A stretch of DNA of 62,885 bases, the filler included, from Sluysia triapertura (lineage: Eukaryota): NCBI GenBank assembly GCA_046118255.1. It is 5 parts of 5 records of this genome, joined end to end, with 100 filler letters (N's around TTAATTAATTAA, not from the genome) between each part and the next. Parts side by side here need not be neighbours in the genome. Positions count along the whole stretch, not along the records: positions 1 to 15,707 come from JBJNIA010221356.1; positions 15,808 to 26,747 come from JBJNIA010191185.1; 3 more parts are not named here. One strand, written 5' to 3'. Below are positions 14,324 through 26,220 of the stretch, piece by piece. A model generated the notes under the pieces. That model had not been told where the DNA came from, ran no database searches, and was given only the letters and a program-made list of their open reading frames with translations. Position numbers and translations under genes: made by a program. The first letter of the stretch is position 1. Every line of letters begins with the position of its first letter.

Positions 14324-15707
14324 GTAAGTTATTATTATTTTCATCATTGAAAAATCTTATTTAACATTAGAACCCATAAGATATTGCTTTTGAATTATCT
14401 AAAAAAACAATTTTACAAATGTTACTAAAGTTTTCCGACTTATAAAATTTATGGAAATTATAATTTAATTAATTACATTATAATTAAAATTAATTTTAAT
14501 TTAACCATACATTTGATTTGAAATAAAAAATCAAAGATAAATACGCAAATGTAACATAATATTCATTCAATAATAATTTCATTTTCATTTATTTTAATAT
14601 TACTAAAATTGTAACATAATATTCATTAATTTTAAATTTTAATTTTTTAAAGTTCTCAAATCAAATCTAAAAATGATTTAATTTAAATTTATTTCAAAAT
14701 AAAATTAAAATTATTATTAATAAGATTATATCTATTTAAAATGAGATTTAATAGAGTCAATATAAATTCAAAATTTAATAACAAATAGTAACTAGTTTTT
14801 AATTGAAATAAAATAAATAATCATTTTTAAATGAGATTCTATAAAGGTAATATAACATTAAACGTCACTCTAATATGAGAAGTAAAATTATATTAAATTG
14901 AGATTGAATAAAATTAGTATATATTTAAAAGTCATTTTCGATTAGCATTAATTTAAACTAAAGATTAGGCAGAACAGAAAGAATAATGTAATATCAAATT
15001 ATATCAAAATTATAATAGAGAAAAATCACATTAAAATAAAATTGAATATATGTTATATGTAATCAAAATTTAATAACAAAAATTATTCAGACAAAGTTAG
15101 TACTATTACTTATTATTAGTTTTATTATTATCTGAAACATTAAGCACTATCACTTAATAATAGTTTTATAATTAGTATTATCACTTACTATTAGAATTAT
15201 TATTATTTCATCAACTATCTGACTATATTCCATTAATTATTTGTTAGCGAACTGTTAGTATGTCTAGTTATTATTAATATTTATTATTGCTTATCACATT
15301 ATTAGTGAGAAAAACATAAAAAATTAAATTTTTATTCACTAATAAAAATATAGTATAAACCATAACAACACACAAAAAAAAGAAATTTTTCTAAAACAAA
15401 AATTAAACGGAACTAAAATCACAGCCTGATAATTAGATACTATTTTGGAGAATTTAAAGAAGATGGAAAGCTGAACAATTATTTAAATCTAGGAGAACAT
15501 AACTGGTATTGAAGTACGAACACTTATTAATTTCGAATATTGTTAAAGGTAAATATTGCTAAAGTTTGTCTGAATAATAAAAATTATAAATTTGTTCGGT
15601 TTTACTACTACCTGAACAATTATGAAAAAATTTTAAGTTTACAATTTGGGTTCGCCTACGTCAATCGATTTACCTAAAATGGACGAGTGCGTAGGATTTT
15701 AAAGCTT

Positions 15708-15807
15708 NNNNNNNNNNNNNNNNNNNNNNNNNNNNNNNNNNNNNNNNNNNNTTAATTAATTAANNNNNNNNNNNNNNNNNNNNNNNNNNNNNNNNNNNNN
15801 NNNNNNN
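15708..15807. other. Artificial scaffold-concatenation spacer (N-run + TTAATTAATTAA + N-run, 100 bp)
   Basis: Linker with stops in all six frames embedded in Ns; the identical structure recurs at 26748, 39221 and 50837. Confidence 0.95.
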
Positions 15808-15960
15808 CAACTGGTTGTATATTTTTGAGACATAAACAGTATACAACCTATCACCTAGCTTGTTATCACTGTGAATTCTGTATAAATTATTATTATGTCT
15901 CAATGAAATATTCATCTTCATTTCCAATTTTCGTATTATTTCCAAAAGATATTGGAAATA
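15808..15960 (-). mobile_element. L2/CR1-like LINE 3' fragment (copy of the 17770-18090 family)
   Basis: Reverse complement matches 17880-17945 (AAGATGAATATTTCATTGAGACATAATAAT); 15809-15848 is identical to 39181-39220. Confidence 0.6.
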
Positions 15961-16366
15961 AATGATTTTAATGGAATAATTTATTGATTGTGTACTAATA
16001 TAGAAGAAAATGTTAATTGTATTGTTAAAAGTGTGGATATTAATTAATGAAAATATCAAATATTTGAAAATTTATTAATAAAGAAACAACTAAACTAATT
16101 GTTCATTCATTGATAACTAAGAACATAGATTTTAATAATGGTATACTTTTGGTGTGTTGTAACGTAAATTAGAATCAATATTGTGAATTTTAAATTTATC
16201 TTGTATACAATACTCAATTGTAGATGTAACGTGATTGAATAACATAATTCCGCTTTTACATTTAATGATTAAATCAAAATAAAGCTTAAAAATAAAATAA
16301 GTTAAACAACAAATGTATTATCAAATTTTAAGATATAAATTTTAAATAGGGAAGATGTTTTTCAAA

Positions 16367-17430
16367 ACTAAAAACAAGATTCACAAGACAAAACACAAAT
16401 CATTGAAGCAGTTTCGAATCTTTCTTGACTAGATGTATCCCAAATTTGGAGTTCAAGTGAAACATTTTCAATATTGACTGACTTTACTTGAAAATCATAT
16501 CCAATAATATGTTTATAATCATCTTTGAATTCATTAATACAATATCGATCTAGTAAAGCTGTTTTTCCAACATTTATGTCACCGACAAGGACCGCTTTTA
16601 ATACTGTTTTAAGATTACTCTTTTCAGTCAGTTTTGAATTATATTTATATTTCCAGGGACTTTATTCGCTTGTACAGGTAAATGGTTGGATTTAATACTA
16701 GCTTCTCTAAAAAAATGGTCTTCGTTCTATTGGTATTTCATACAGAACTGTAGGTTCTTTATCAATTCCTAACATGTCATTTGCACTGTCGACTGTTTCT
16801 CCGTACATTTTCGTTACTTCACACACGCTCATTGAATTTCCGAATAATTTCCTCGCTTTACTTAATTTCATAAGGCGAATACCAGACGTAGGTTCTTCAT
16901 TGACCCATTTACGTAATTATTGACAGTTTCTTTCTCTAAATAATCTAATACTTCTGGATTATTAACCAGTGCCATTTGTTGATTACTTTTGTATGGATCC
17001 ATTAATGTTTCGTCTCTTTCATCTTTTGGTTTTTTATTTATTTCTCTTAATGTAACTAACTGTAATAATAATTGTTCTTTTTCTGAAAATATTCCTTTTG
17101 TGACAATATTAACAATTGAAGCTCTTTGGTGTCGATCTTCTATACATTTAGCTTGTAATTCTTCCATAATAAGTTGATTTTCTTGTAAATCCAGTTCAGT
17201 TTCTTCTAATGCTTCTTCTAGAATTTCTAATTCTTCCTTAAGTATCGCTTTGAGTTTTAGTATTTTGTTGGCTAATTTCTTCAAGACATTTCTTTATTTC
17301 TTCATTTTTTTTATTCAATTATTCATAATGTTTATTTTTTTCAGCCAATTCTTGTTGCAATTCTTCTAACATTTGCTTTTCTTTTAATTTAATATCCGAT
17401 AATAACCGTTCTTCTTTTTTTATTTCGTGA
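16367..17430 (-). pseudogene. Disrupted, intronless coiled-coil + Rab GTPase (large Rab; RASEF/Rab45- or CRACR2A/Rab46-like)
   Basis: Coiled coil EIKKEERLLSDIKLKEKQMLEELQQELAEK...QLVTLREINKKPKDERDE, then the Rab domain KAVLVGDINVGKTALLDRYCINEFKDDYKHIIGYDFQVKSVNIENVSLELQIWDTSSQERF (~16410-16600). In-frame TAA near 17322, frameshifts, G3 changed to WDTSSQE, and no NKxD/SAK motifs before the stop. Confidence 0.75.
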
Positions 17431-17769
17431 TTTCCGTTTTATGTAACGAAAAGAAATATTAATCAATGAATAAGAGAAAGATGTGTCACATAGGGTTAAG
17501 AAAAATTTAGTACAGAGTGAGGAAAATGGCTATGGTAGAAAAATTAAAAGATTTGAAATTGCTTTTATAGAAATTTCATTGTTGGTTATAGATTGAATTT
17601 CAAATTATGAAGATTTAATATATTGGGTTGTTTAACTGTTATGAGGTGTGCAGGTGTTTGACTTTTTGTGTAGTGGAAAATTTTAAATAAATGAGCAGGA
17701 GCACCACAATATTGTACTCAATTTCATGTAGAAAAGTGGAAAAAATACAATTAATAATTAATCAAAGAG

Positions 17770-18090
17770 CAAGATTAATTTTCCAATTCGGAAGAATATC
17801 TCATGTAACACCATATCTTAAGGAATTACATTGATTGTCAATAAAAGCAAGAGTAAAATGCTTAAATTACTGAAGTCCTGAATATCTCTTAGAAATAATA
17901 AAAATTTGGAAACCAAGATGAATATTTCATTGAGACATAATAATCAGCTACCATGGAATACCAAATACTGGAAGATTATGAAATATTTAAGAAAAAGGCA
18001 AAGTTCTTTCTGTTTCAGAAATATTATGGTGAATGATTTAATTTAAGCGCTTTTACGTACTTACGTAGTATGTATGTGCGCAATTTAAAT
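17770..18090 (+). mobile_element. L2/CR1-group LINE 3' end remnant
   Basis: Translates ARLIFQFGRISHVTPYLKELH*LSIKARVK, the characteristic C-terminal H(I/V)TP.L..LHWL....R motif of L2/CR1/Rex1 ORF2. Downstream sequence is shared with 15808-15960 and 39040-39220. Confidence 0.75.
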
Positions 18091-18829
18091 TAATATATTC
18101 TTATATTCTTATTTCACATACCGTTTATTAACTGCATTAATGACAAACATGAGTTCGTATTCAACAATATTTCTCTCCACGAAATTAATGTCAATCATTT
18201 TATTTAATTTTATTATTTACCTTAAAATAGTGTAACACATTAAACTTTAAATCCGAGTGCTTGTAACTAATTTCAGAAAATATACTGACCGAAATAATAT
18301 TCACTGCGCATCAGTAATTATAACACATTTCAAATATTGTATTATCTATTGTAACTTTATACACAGGTATGTTGAATATTTATTGTGTTACCTTTTTCAA
18401 TATTATTTTAATTAACAAGACTTCAGACTGAAATATTACCGACAAATTTTTGTAGAGGGTAATATTTTTTTTTGTATTATTTAAAAAAATACAGATAAAA
18501 CTATATTAACACATAATGTCATTATCTTCGTAAAACAAAATATTATTTTAAAGTATAAACTATTATTTTGATTATTTTAATAACTTTGTTATTTATTTTT
18601 TATTCAGGTTGTTTGAATTATCGATTTATCTCAAGAAACTATATTCCTAATAAAACAAACTTCCTCGACTAAATAAATGGTATATTTTTAATTTTATTAG
18701 ATTGAACAATCTAATAATGTTCTTATCATATCAACAATATCAGAAGAATTTAGTTAAATTTTTTAAATTCATTTAAAAGCAGTTTAAAAAAATTGTTGAT
18801 TCCATTTTTACGTAAAAAAATTGTTTTAC

Positions 18830-19335
18830 AAAAGATCTGAACGTGAAAGAATTCTTGTTTACAGTGAGGAAGGATATTAACAAGTCACAATTGCTGAAAA
18901 TATGATGATTTCACGTTGCGTTTTTAGCAAATCGGATTATAGGCTAGTAAAGCAATGTCTGGCAGACCAACAAAACTTCAGAAACGCACGATAGACAAAT
19001 TAAAAACATGCTATTGTCTCATAGAAATAAGCAGCAAAAAATTCCTTTCAACGTTATTAAAAAATCGATTCCGAAAAATTGGTTTGTACGATGGATTGGC
19101 TGCCTGAAAACCACTTTTAAAATCCAGAAAATATAAAGAAAAGATTAATTTGGGTTAAAATACTTAAAAATGAGTCCATTAAGCATCGCTAGACGTGCTT
19201 TGGACAGATGATTCGAAATTCGACATTTTTGGCTAACGGCGTTTTCAGGCGATTTCCAGAAGGGTTTGTGGAAAATTGTTTAGTACCAACAGTAAAACAT
19301 GCTGGGGGTCAGAGGGTTGTTTTGGAAACAATAAT
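18830..19335 (+). mobile_element. Tc1-family transposase remnant (degenerate, truncated)
   Basis: Motifs SGRPTKL, RFRKIGLY..AA*KPLLK, KRLIWVK, VLWTDDSKFDIFG and CLVPTVKHAGG appear in order, with stops and frameshifts. Confidence 0.85.
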
Positions 19336-19377
19336 GTTAGAAAAAATTTTAGAATAGAAAAAATACGTATATTAAAA

Positions 19378-19419
19378 TGGACTGACCGGGAATCGAACTC
19401 GGGGCCTCTTGCTGCGCAG
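19378..19419 (-). tRNA. 3' half of a tRNA (Ala-like); pseudogene fragment
   Basis: Minus strand reads ...GCAAG AGGCC CCGAG TTCGATT CCCGG TCAGTCC A TTTT: anticodon-stem 3' strand, variable loop, T-arm/B-box, acceptor 3' strand with U70 and discriminator A73 (the Ala pattern), then a T4 Pol III terminator. The 5' half is absent and the anticodon is not readable. Confidence 0.65.
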
Positions 19420-19429
19420 TTCGATTAAA

Positions 19430-20318
19430 AAAACATGTATTAATATATAATAGTTTTAGTCTCTCCTTTCTCTTTTTTATAGAAGGAAAGTAATCTTCTT
19501 TCTTGCATTCAGGGACTTTGTAGGACATGGGCGCGGTATGCGTTATTCGAGGACTCCACAGCTAGTCGTACCAGAGTCTTGATTTCGCTCTTCTGGAAGC
19601 CAAGCGCCTTGAGAAACTTGTCATTCTCGGGATCCCATGACCCTAAGACTCCAACGACGAATGTATCCAGAGACACTTTGCACTTCAGTTGTTTCTGCAG
19701 TTTGCCTTGGAGATCAGCAAACTTCGAAATATTGGTGGTTCAGGCTATTTCGAAGTTTTTCTTCAGGTTCACGACATCAATCATGGACAGTGGGATACGC
19801 ATTCTTTAAATTCTCGAAGTGGTGAGGATCTCAATCTCCAGGATGAGATGAGTAGTCATATAGTCCATGAATGTTGGCAGGTGAGTGATTTTAAGTGGGT
19901 CAAACGGTGGTAGTATTCCACTACTGTAGTACTGGCAGATTTCCTCTGGTGTGGGATTGGTAGGAGGGTTGGCCCTTCCAATAATTATATGGAATGCTTT
20001 GGCTTGGTTTTCAGCGAAGATCTTGTCCAAGCTGGGTTGTAATGGTTCGCGTTGCAAGCTTGGTTTGTTTTGTCATAATGTTTGAGAATTTGGGTGGGTT
20101 AATCTGTTGGATAACATCGCATATGGATTGGGATATTTCATCTGTCGGGGTGTCACTAGTGTTTTGGAGTCTGTTTAACAGTGATTGGATTGAGGGAGGT
20201 GGTTGTTTATGTTTGATTTTCGAAGATGGGTTGATCTCTTGAGCCACAATATTGTATATGGGCTGCCGGATGGCTCGAATGTCACGCGTGATAGGGTCTC
20301 TTAGGTCAGGATTCCGTT
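19430..20318 (-). mobile_element. Internally deleted RLE-type non-LTR retrotransposon (NeSL/Utopia/R2-like)
   Basis: Markedly GC-richer block. C-terminal frame reads SMIDVVNLKKNFEIA*TTNISKFADLQGKLQKQLKCKVSLDTFVVGVLGSWDPENDKFLKALGFQKSEIKTLVRLAVESSNNAYRAH, matching the RLE tail (IDV...K..KY..L...V.VG.LGSWDP.N...L..LG...S...Y..H). Upstream frames (20011-20247, 19806-20057) resemble the pre-RT region. No RT motifs lie between them. Confidence 0.8.
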
Positions 20319-20319
20319 T

Positions 20320-20441
20320 TTATTGTAATGCAGCATCACATATATAGGGTCCACAATCAGTTGGTCCAAACCATGTAGGATATTGTATTGGTCCGATACC
20401 TGTAATCTTGTGATACTGGTGTAATATATCATGTAATAATT
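20320..20441 (-). CDS. Probable terminal exon of an unidentified gene
   Basis: After a ctag acceptor: LLHDILHQYHKITGIGPIQYPTWFGPTDCGPYICDAALQ*. Protein-like composition; family not recognised. Confidence 0.3.
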
Positions 20442-20584
20442 CTAGTTTTTATGATTTTTTTACTAAATTATTACTAAATTACTAATTATTAATTATTACT
20501 AAATGTTATTATTTTATTTTTATTTTATTAATTTAATTTTAATCTTAGATTAAAAGTGAACATTATGTTACAATTTAAACAAAC

Positions 20585-20732
20585 NNNNNNNNNNNNNNNN
20601 NNNNNNNNNNNNNNNNNNNNNNNNNNNNNNNNNNNNNNNNNNNNNNNNNNNNNNNNNNNNNNNNNNNNNNNNNNNNNNNNNNNNNNNNNNNNNNNNNNNN
20701 NNNNNNNNNNNNNNNNNNNNNNNNNNNNNNNN
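20585..20732. other. Scaffold gap (Ns)
   Basis: Run of N without the stop-codon linker. Confidence 0.95.
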
Positions 20733-21113
20733 ATTACCTATTAAATGACAATTTTGGTCACATCTCGAAGAAAATTAACTAACATCATTTTTCTACTAAA
20801 ACATGTACTAACTTGTTTTTAATATTATTTTTATACTGTTATTTGATTCATAATTTCGATATGAATTGCTAATAAGTAACTATAGAAATGTAATTACTTT
20901 ATTTTCACAAAGTAATAAACATTCAAATTGCAAATATAGCATTCAAATTTCAAAGTAAAACATTAGAATTAATTACAAAGAAGCATAAATAAGACAGTTC
21001 GCAGACTTATTAAGAAAAATGTTTCTTTAATAATTTATGTAACTATGATAAATAAATATTACATAATTAGTTATGCTAGATGATCATGCAATATTCAATT
21101 TTATTAAACAAAC

Positions 21114-22050
21114 CAATCATTGTTAGAGGTATACCAAAATCTAATGCATTAATAGCTGTCCATTTTCCAGTACCCTTCTACAATACATATTATAATTTAA
21201 TAATTTTATTAAACATTTATTACTTAAATATAAATTAAAAGAAATTACGAAATTTATATTTGTGGAAAAGTTATGTTTTAGTTTAAATATTATATTTAAT
21301 AAAGAGAACATTCGCAATATGAATATGAATATGGGTCAGTGACAAGTTTTTCTTGTGTCTCAAGGAAAGAGTAAGAAAAATATTCACGAAAACTCTAAAC
21401 ATTTAAATAAATTATTTTAATTCTGAAGTAATGCTTACTATCTAAAAAATATTTCGAATGATTTCTATTCTGGACGTGCGGCAGACGCGGAAGTACGTCT
21501 TACAAAATGGTTTTTGCATCGAAAAACGATGTCCATAAATAAATTCATGTGAAATCTTGTGTATGTATTTATTTTCTTTTTATGTTAGACACACTCAGTA
21601 TTTCCGAATTTATCACGCATGTACGATATGCATTTGGTAAACGTTTTAAATAACTTATTTTACCGTTATATTACAACCGCTTCAATTGTTGTAAATATAA
21701 TGAATGTTTCATTTTAAAATAAGACATTTCTTATGTAGCGTAAATTATGTTAATTGAATCAGTTCCCGATTCGTCTCTAAAACGCGGTTATTTCTTAATT
21801 TCTTTCTAATGGTAGAAATGGAAATATTAATATTAAAATTATTAACATTTTTTTATAATTTTAGAATACCTTTTTATTAAATTATTTTTCAAATTAATAA
21901 TAAAGTATAACAAAAATAATAAACCTGTCCAGCTTTATCCATAATTTTATTTATTAAATGTTCTCCAGTGACATCTTTAAATTTCATAATATTGGCTGTG
22001 ATTTCGATAAGGAAAGATTCTAATTCTGATTCATTCCAACTATCAAAAAC
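21114..22050 (-). CDS. PGD: 6-phosphogluconate dehydrogenase (decarboxylating), two internal exons
   Basis: Exon 22050-21925 VFDSWNESELESFLIEITANIMKFKDVTGEHLINKIMDKAGQ joins exon 21177-21114 KGTGKWTAINALDFGIPLTMI(G). Both have AG/GT boundaries, and together they give the 6PGD signature I.D.AGQKGTGKWT. No other 6PGD exons were found on this scaffold. Confidence 0.92.
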
Positions 22051-22899
22051 CTAAAATATTTTATTTTATTATGTAGTTATTCTTTTATATACAAAACAAG
22101 ACCATCACATACGCATCAGTCAATAATTTCCATACTACAAGATAATCCAATAGTATGTTATATTTATAAAAAAATTATTTCATATTTAGGAATTTTTCAA
22201 TTACATATTACTAATATTTCAAATTAGCTACTAAATCCATTTGAAAAAATACTTCCAACATAAAATCAAAATAACGATGAAAATACGTAAAAATGCTCTA
22301 CTTCTGAACGATGTAAAATATTTAAAATGATTTTCAAATATTAAAATTAATGCATCCATCATAGCAATGCTATCTGGCCTCCGTATATATCATTTACACA
22401 TTCCAATTTCAAGAGCCTACAACTTCTCTATTGTAAAACGAGAACACTCTTCAGTTACTCGCCATTTGACCTTTCATTTCATCTTAAAACCAACAAACCA
22501 AGAGATTAATGGTAGAGTGTCTTTCAGATGAACACGTCTATATGATGTAATCCTCGATTTTCGGAAGAAGTGAATTTAAAATAATGACTGCACAATGAGG
22601 CGGAACTCAATATTCGTTTCGAAGAAAAGTGGATTCAAGAAAAATGATGCAGTAAATTCAAACATGACTTAGAGTTTTAGTGAAGAAAAAGTTAAAGATA
22701 AATGGGCAATGGAGATATTGGATTCGTGGATTGAGAATGAAATTTTGGTTGATAAAAACATCAAAGTCACGAGCGAATCAGTAGGATCCAAGTCAAGAAT
22801 TTTATTTTAATATGTGGAGAGAGTATGAGAGAATGTCGTCAAATTATTCAAATCTGTATGGTATTACTAATATTACGCAATTAACGAAATTTAGCCGTA

Positions 22900-24130
22900 A
22901 TATGATTTCAGTAACCATAATATAAATAGTCAAAATGGTTTGAAAAGCATTGATATTATTTATACATTTTCTTTATACATATTTTCGTTGATGAAACGAT
23001 TATTAAAACAAAGTAAAATTGTTATTTTTAAAGCTTGGATAGTTAAATTGAGATGGGCAAATATAATAAGAAAATATCAAAACATTTATATTCAATAATT
23101 GTACAGCTTGCAGGAGTATTTCCTATGACAAGAAAGTTACATTCGACATGTTACTATTTAAAACGATCATCAGGAGGATGAGGAATTTCACATGAAAGTA
23201 AATTTATCTAGTAAGATAAAGTAAAAAAAGAAGATCCTTATAAATGCATTTGAAATACGGATAATGGTTAATATGTTTCGTATGATGGTGCAATGGAAGT
23301 TTAGATGGACTAGGAATTTTATTAGAGATTTGTAATATTATGGCTTAGAAAACAGAATAACTCAAGTCATATAAACGTTACTTAATTAGAGATCTATGTA
23401 TGATATGGAATTTGAAATTTGTAACTATTAAACTTAATATTAAATCAGTAGTATCTTGGATCAAGAGTAAAAAGGTCAATACCAAATCATTTTTTGAATT
23501 GTTAATAAAAAGATTATCGAAGAACATAATTGAATAGAAATTGTTTCTGTTACATAGGTAAAACAGAAAAACTAAGTAAAATTATACGATTAAATATGAA
23601 ACTGAAAAACTAATGTCACTTAAGAATCAAGCGTTTGAAATTTTTATGCAGTTAAACTCTACTGATTAAGCAAATAATGACACGGTGTCAAGAATAATAA
23701 TATATCGATCCAGCACTAATTAAATGGAAATCTAGTTATAAAGAATAATTGTATCTAAATCTTGAGCAAATATAAGGTTTTCTTAACATTTCTCGCAATA
23801 AGCAGGCCTAAATGCAATGGAATTATAGAAAGCAATCATAAAACAAATTGCGGCAATATCTAAGATTGGTATTAAAGAAGCCATTTGTTGGTATGATACT
23901 ACATCTTCGGAAAGGAAGGAACCGCCATCTTGGTTAATATATCGGTATCAACATTCGAGTTTGGAAAACACACAAAACATAAATAGATAAATAACGATGA
24001 TTCCAATATGCAGTTATTTGGATCAATCAGTTATTATTCCAATCAGTGTATTTGGATCAAACCTCATAATGGTTTAAAGTTACCCATTAAGCTAGAAAGA
24101 AATATCGAAATGGTTATTACAAACTATATC
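22900..24130 (+). mobile_element. Highly decayed RLE-type (R4/Dong-like) non-LTR retrotransposon remnant
   Basis: RKLHSTCYYLKRSSGG*GIS (~23130-23190) resembles the post-RT LYL.R..GGRGL motif. ILHLRK(E)GTAILVNISV and VIIPISVFG (~23890-24055) resemble the RLE core. Many stops; boundaries are approximate. Confidence 0.4.
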
Positions 24131-24527
24131 ATAGTATACGTAACCAATAGTTGTAAAATTAGCATACATAAATATAAATAAAATTATTCAATAATATAAA
24201 TGCTTATTCAATAATGTAAAATTATATTTACAAAATATGTATATAATTAAAAAATTATAAAAACATTGTTTATTATCAAATTCTATATAAAAAATTTTAC
24301 AAGATTGTTTGATTACTTTTAATTATTAAATAAATTCTTGTCTTGTTAAAGCTTTTTGCTTCTGCCGACTCGTATTTCTAAACCATCTTTCAAAGAAACT
24401 GTTACAACATTTAAAACGACAATAATTTTTTAATCTCTGATCTTGTTATAGTTTGAATCATAAAAGCAGAAAGTTGGGATTTAAAATATGTAAAATATTC
24501 CTCATTACTGTTAAGTTGAGGTGAGAA

Positions 24528-25120
24528 CCGTGTTTCCCCGAAAATAAGACCAAGCGTGATGTTTATAATCGATTAGGATAACTAGTAAAATTCAATAAAA
24601 CGTTCAAGGACCATTTACGCATGGAAATTAATGACTAGATTGAAAACAGAACTGTAAGGAATGACCGTGAAGCTTACACCATAAGAGATCTTGACCTCAG
24701 TAGCAAATTCATGGAAAAAAATCACAGAAAGCTATGTTACGAACACATTACGAGCAGCCTTCTCATTCGATGAGACCTTTATTGCTCAAAAAGACAGAAT
24801 AGTTGCGAAAATTCTGCAGGAAATTCAGTTAATCGAAAACTCCGCAGAAATTTGGAGACATCTCAGAGGAAAGTGAATGATATAAATCAGTCATTTTTGA
24901 ACGATTTATAGTTCGTGGTTTCTAAACATAAATCGTGTTATTCATTAATAAATGTAGATCGGTTTTCATGTTTCTTGTATGTTTAGAATTTTCATAATTC
25001 TCTACTTTGCAACATTGTTTTTCGATAGATGAAAATAACACATCCCCAAAAATAAGCCCTAGTGTCATATTTTGGAGTGAAAATTAATATATGCCCTGCA
25101 TTATTTTCGGCGAAACACGG
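24528..25120 (+). mobile_element. Internally deleted pogo/Tc2-like DNA transposon (~590 bp)
   Basis: TIRs CCGTGTTTCCCCGAAAATAAG and, reverse-complemented, CCGTGTTTCGCCGAAAATAATG. TA on the right flank (left flank is AA). Sub-terminal AAAATAAG(A/C)CC repeats. Residual DDE_1 C-terminus INKTFKDHLRMEIND*IENR...VANSWKKITESYVTNTLRA. Confidence 0.85.
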
Positions 25121-25741
25121 TAAGGAGACAAAAACATGTACGAAATTGTTTTTTCCTCCAATAAAGCAATAATATTTCTTCGATGATGGAATCTATAATT
25201 GTCTATAATCAGCATATTATTTGTATAAATTTCAAAACCATTTCCGTTGAAAGCACCACATCTGGTTTCGTAACAGACAACGAGAGTTACTTCAATCGCA
25301 ACCAAACAGCTAATATTTGTTCCTCTTGTAGCCTTAACTAGTTTATAAATCATTAAAGTTTGTATTCGTAAAGGACTAAAAAAGTTTATTTATATTTACG
25401 AATAATACTATTTATATTATTGAATCGTTTTCTTTATATTTATAATTTTATTTATATTTAAGCATAACCCTGCAATACATAATAAAAATAACTAAGTTAG
25501 TAGTAAAAACAAATAATAATAGATAATACTACATATTAATTACATATGATTGTATATTAATTACATAATAATAGTTACGTATTAATCGTGTTATTTATAT
25601 TAATAAATAATAAATTTAAAACAGCATAATATCCAGTAATGCCCATATTAAATAACATAATTGCTTTTCTATAACATAAAAATGATTTTAGAACTTATTT
25701 TTAAAATTTGAGTAAACCGAATAAATTTAAGCTCATCTTAA

Positions 25742-26220
25742 TGTTAGGTTGTTGACAACCCAGTAAAATAATAAAAATCATTTTTAAAAAAAATTATTTT
25801 CTCAAAAACATACTTTCCAAAAAATTCGTTTCTAAAAATAGAAAAGAAGTTACTAGAATGTTCTAGAATATTCAATCGATTCCTATTGGCTGGTGAGTTG
25901 TGTATGAACTAGCATCAATCATAAGCACCATTTCGCATTTGCCATTTTCAAAATTTTTAAAATTCTTTATTTTGAAGTTTTAGCAGTTATTATTCAGTTA
26001 AATATTTTCATCAAGAGGCAACATGAGTTCAACATTAGATCATAACAATTAAAGGATCCCTATCTTATTCAGACAATTGTCGAAAATACATGTTTTGGTA
26101 AGCTCATATTGTAAGGTGATTTCAACTTTTGCAGTTGAAATTTTAAACTACACTTAGAATCCTTATTATTTATTTATTGGTCCCCCATACATTGAGGAGT
26201 AAACCCTAACTTAAAATATT
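25742..26220 (+). mobile_element. LTR family B, partial copy
   Basis: Begins TGTTAGGTTG, like the reverse complement of 31490-31499. Shares CTAGAATGTTCTAGAA..TTC.ATCGATT, GCCATTTT and ATACATTGAGGAG blocks with the reverse complement of 30627-31499. Confidence 0.65.

Noticed and set aside
19579-20242. Several + strand ORFs
   Set aside because: Antisense shadows of the GC-richer minus-strand RLE retroelement.
20556-20744. ORFs spanning N runs (also 15760..16059)
   Set aside because: Artefacts of gaps and spacers.
25140-25376. Possible exons (PLRIQTLMIYKLVKATRG...; IPSSKKYYCFIGGKNNF) as part of 6PGD
   Set aside because: No resemblance to 6PGD or any family I recognise, and no consistent gene model.
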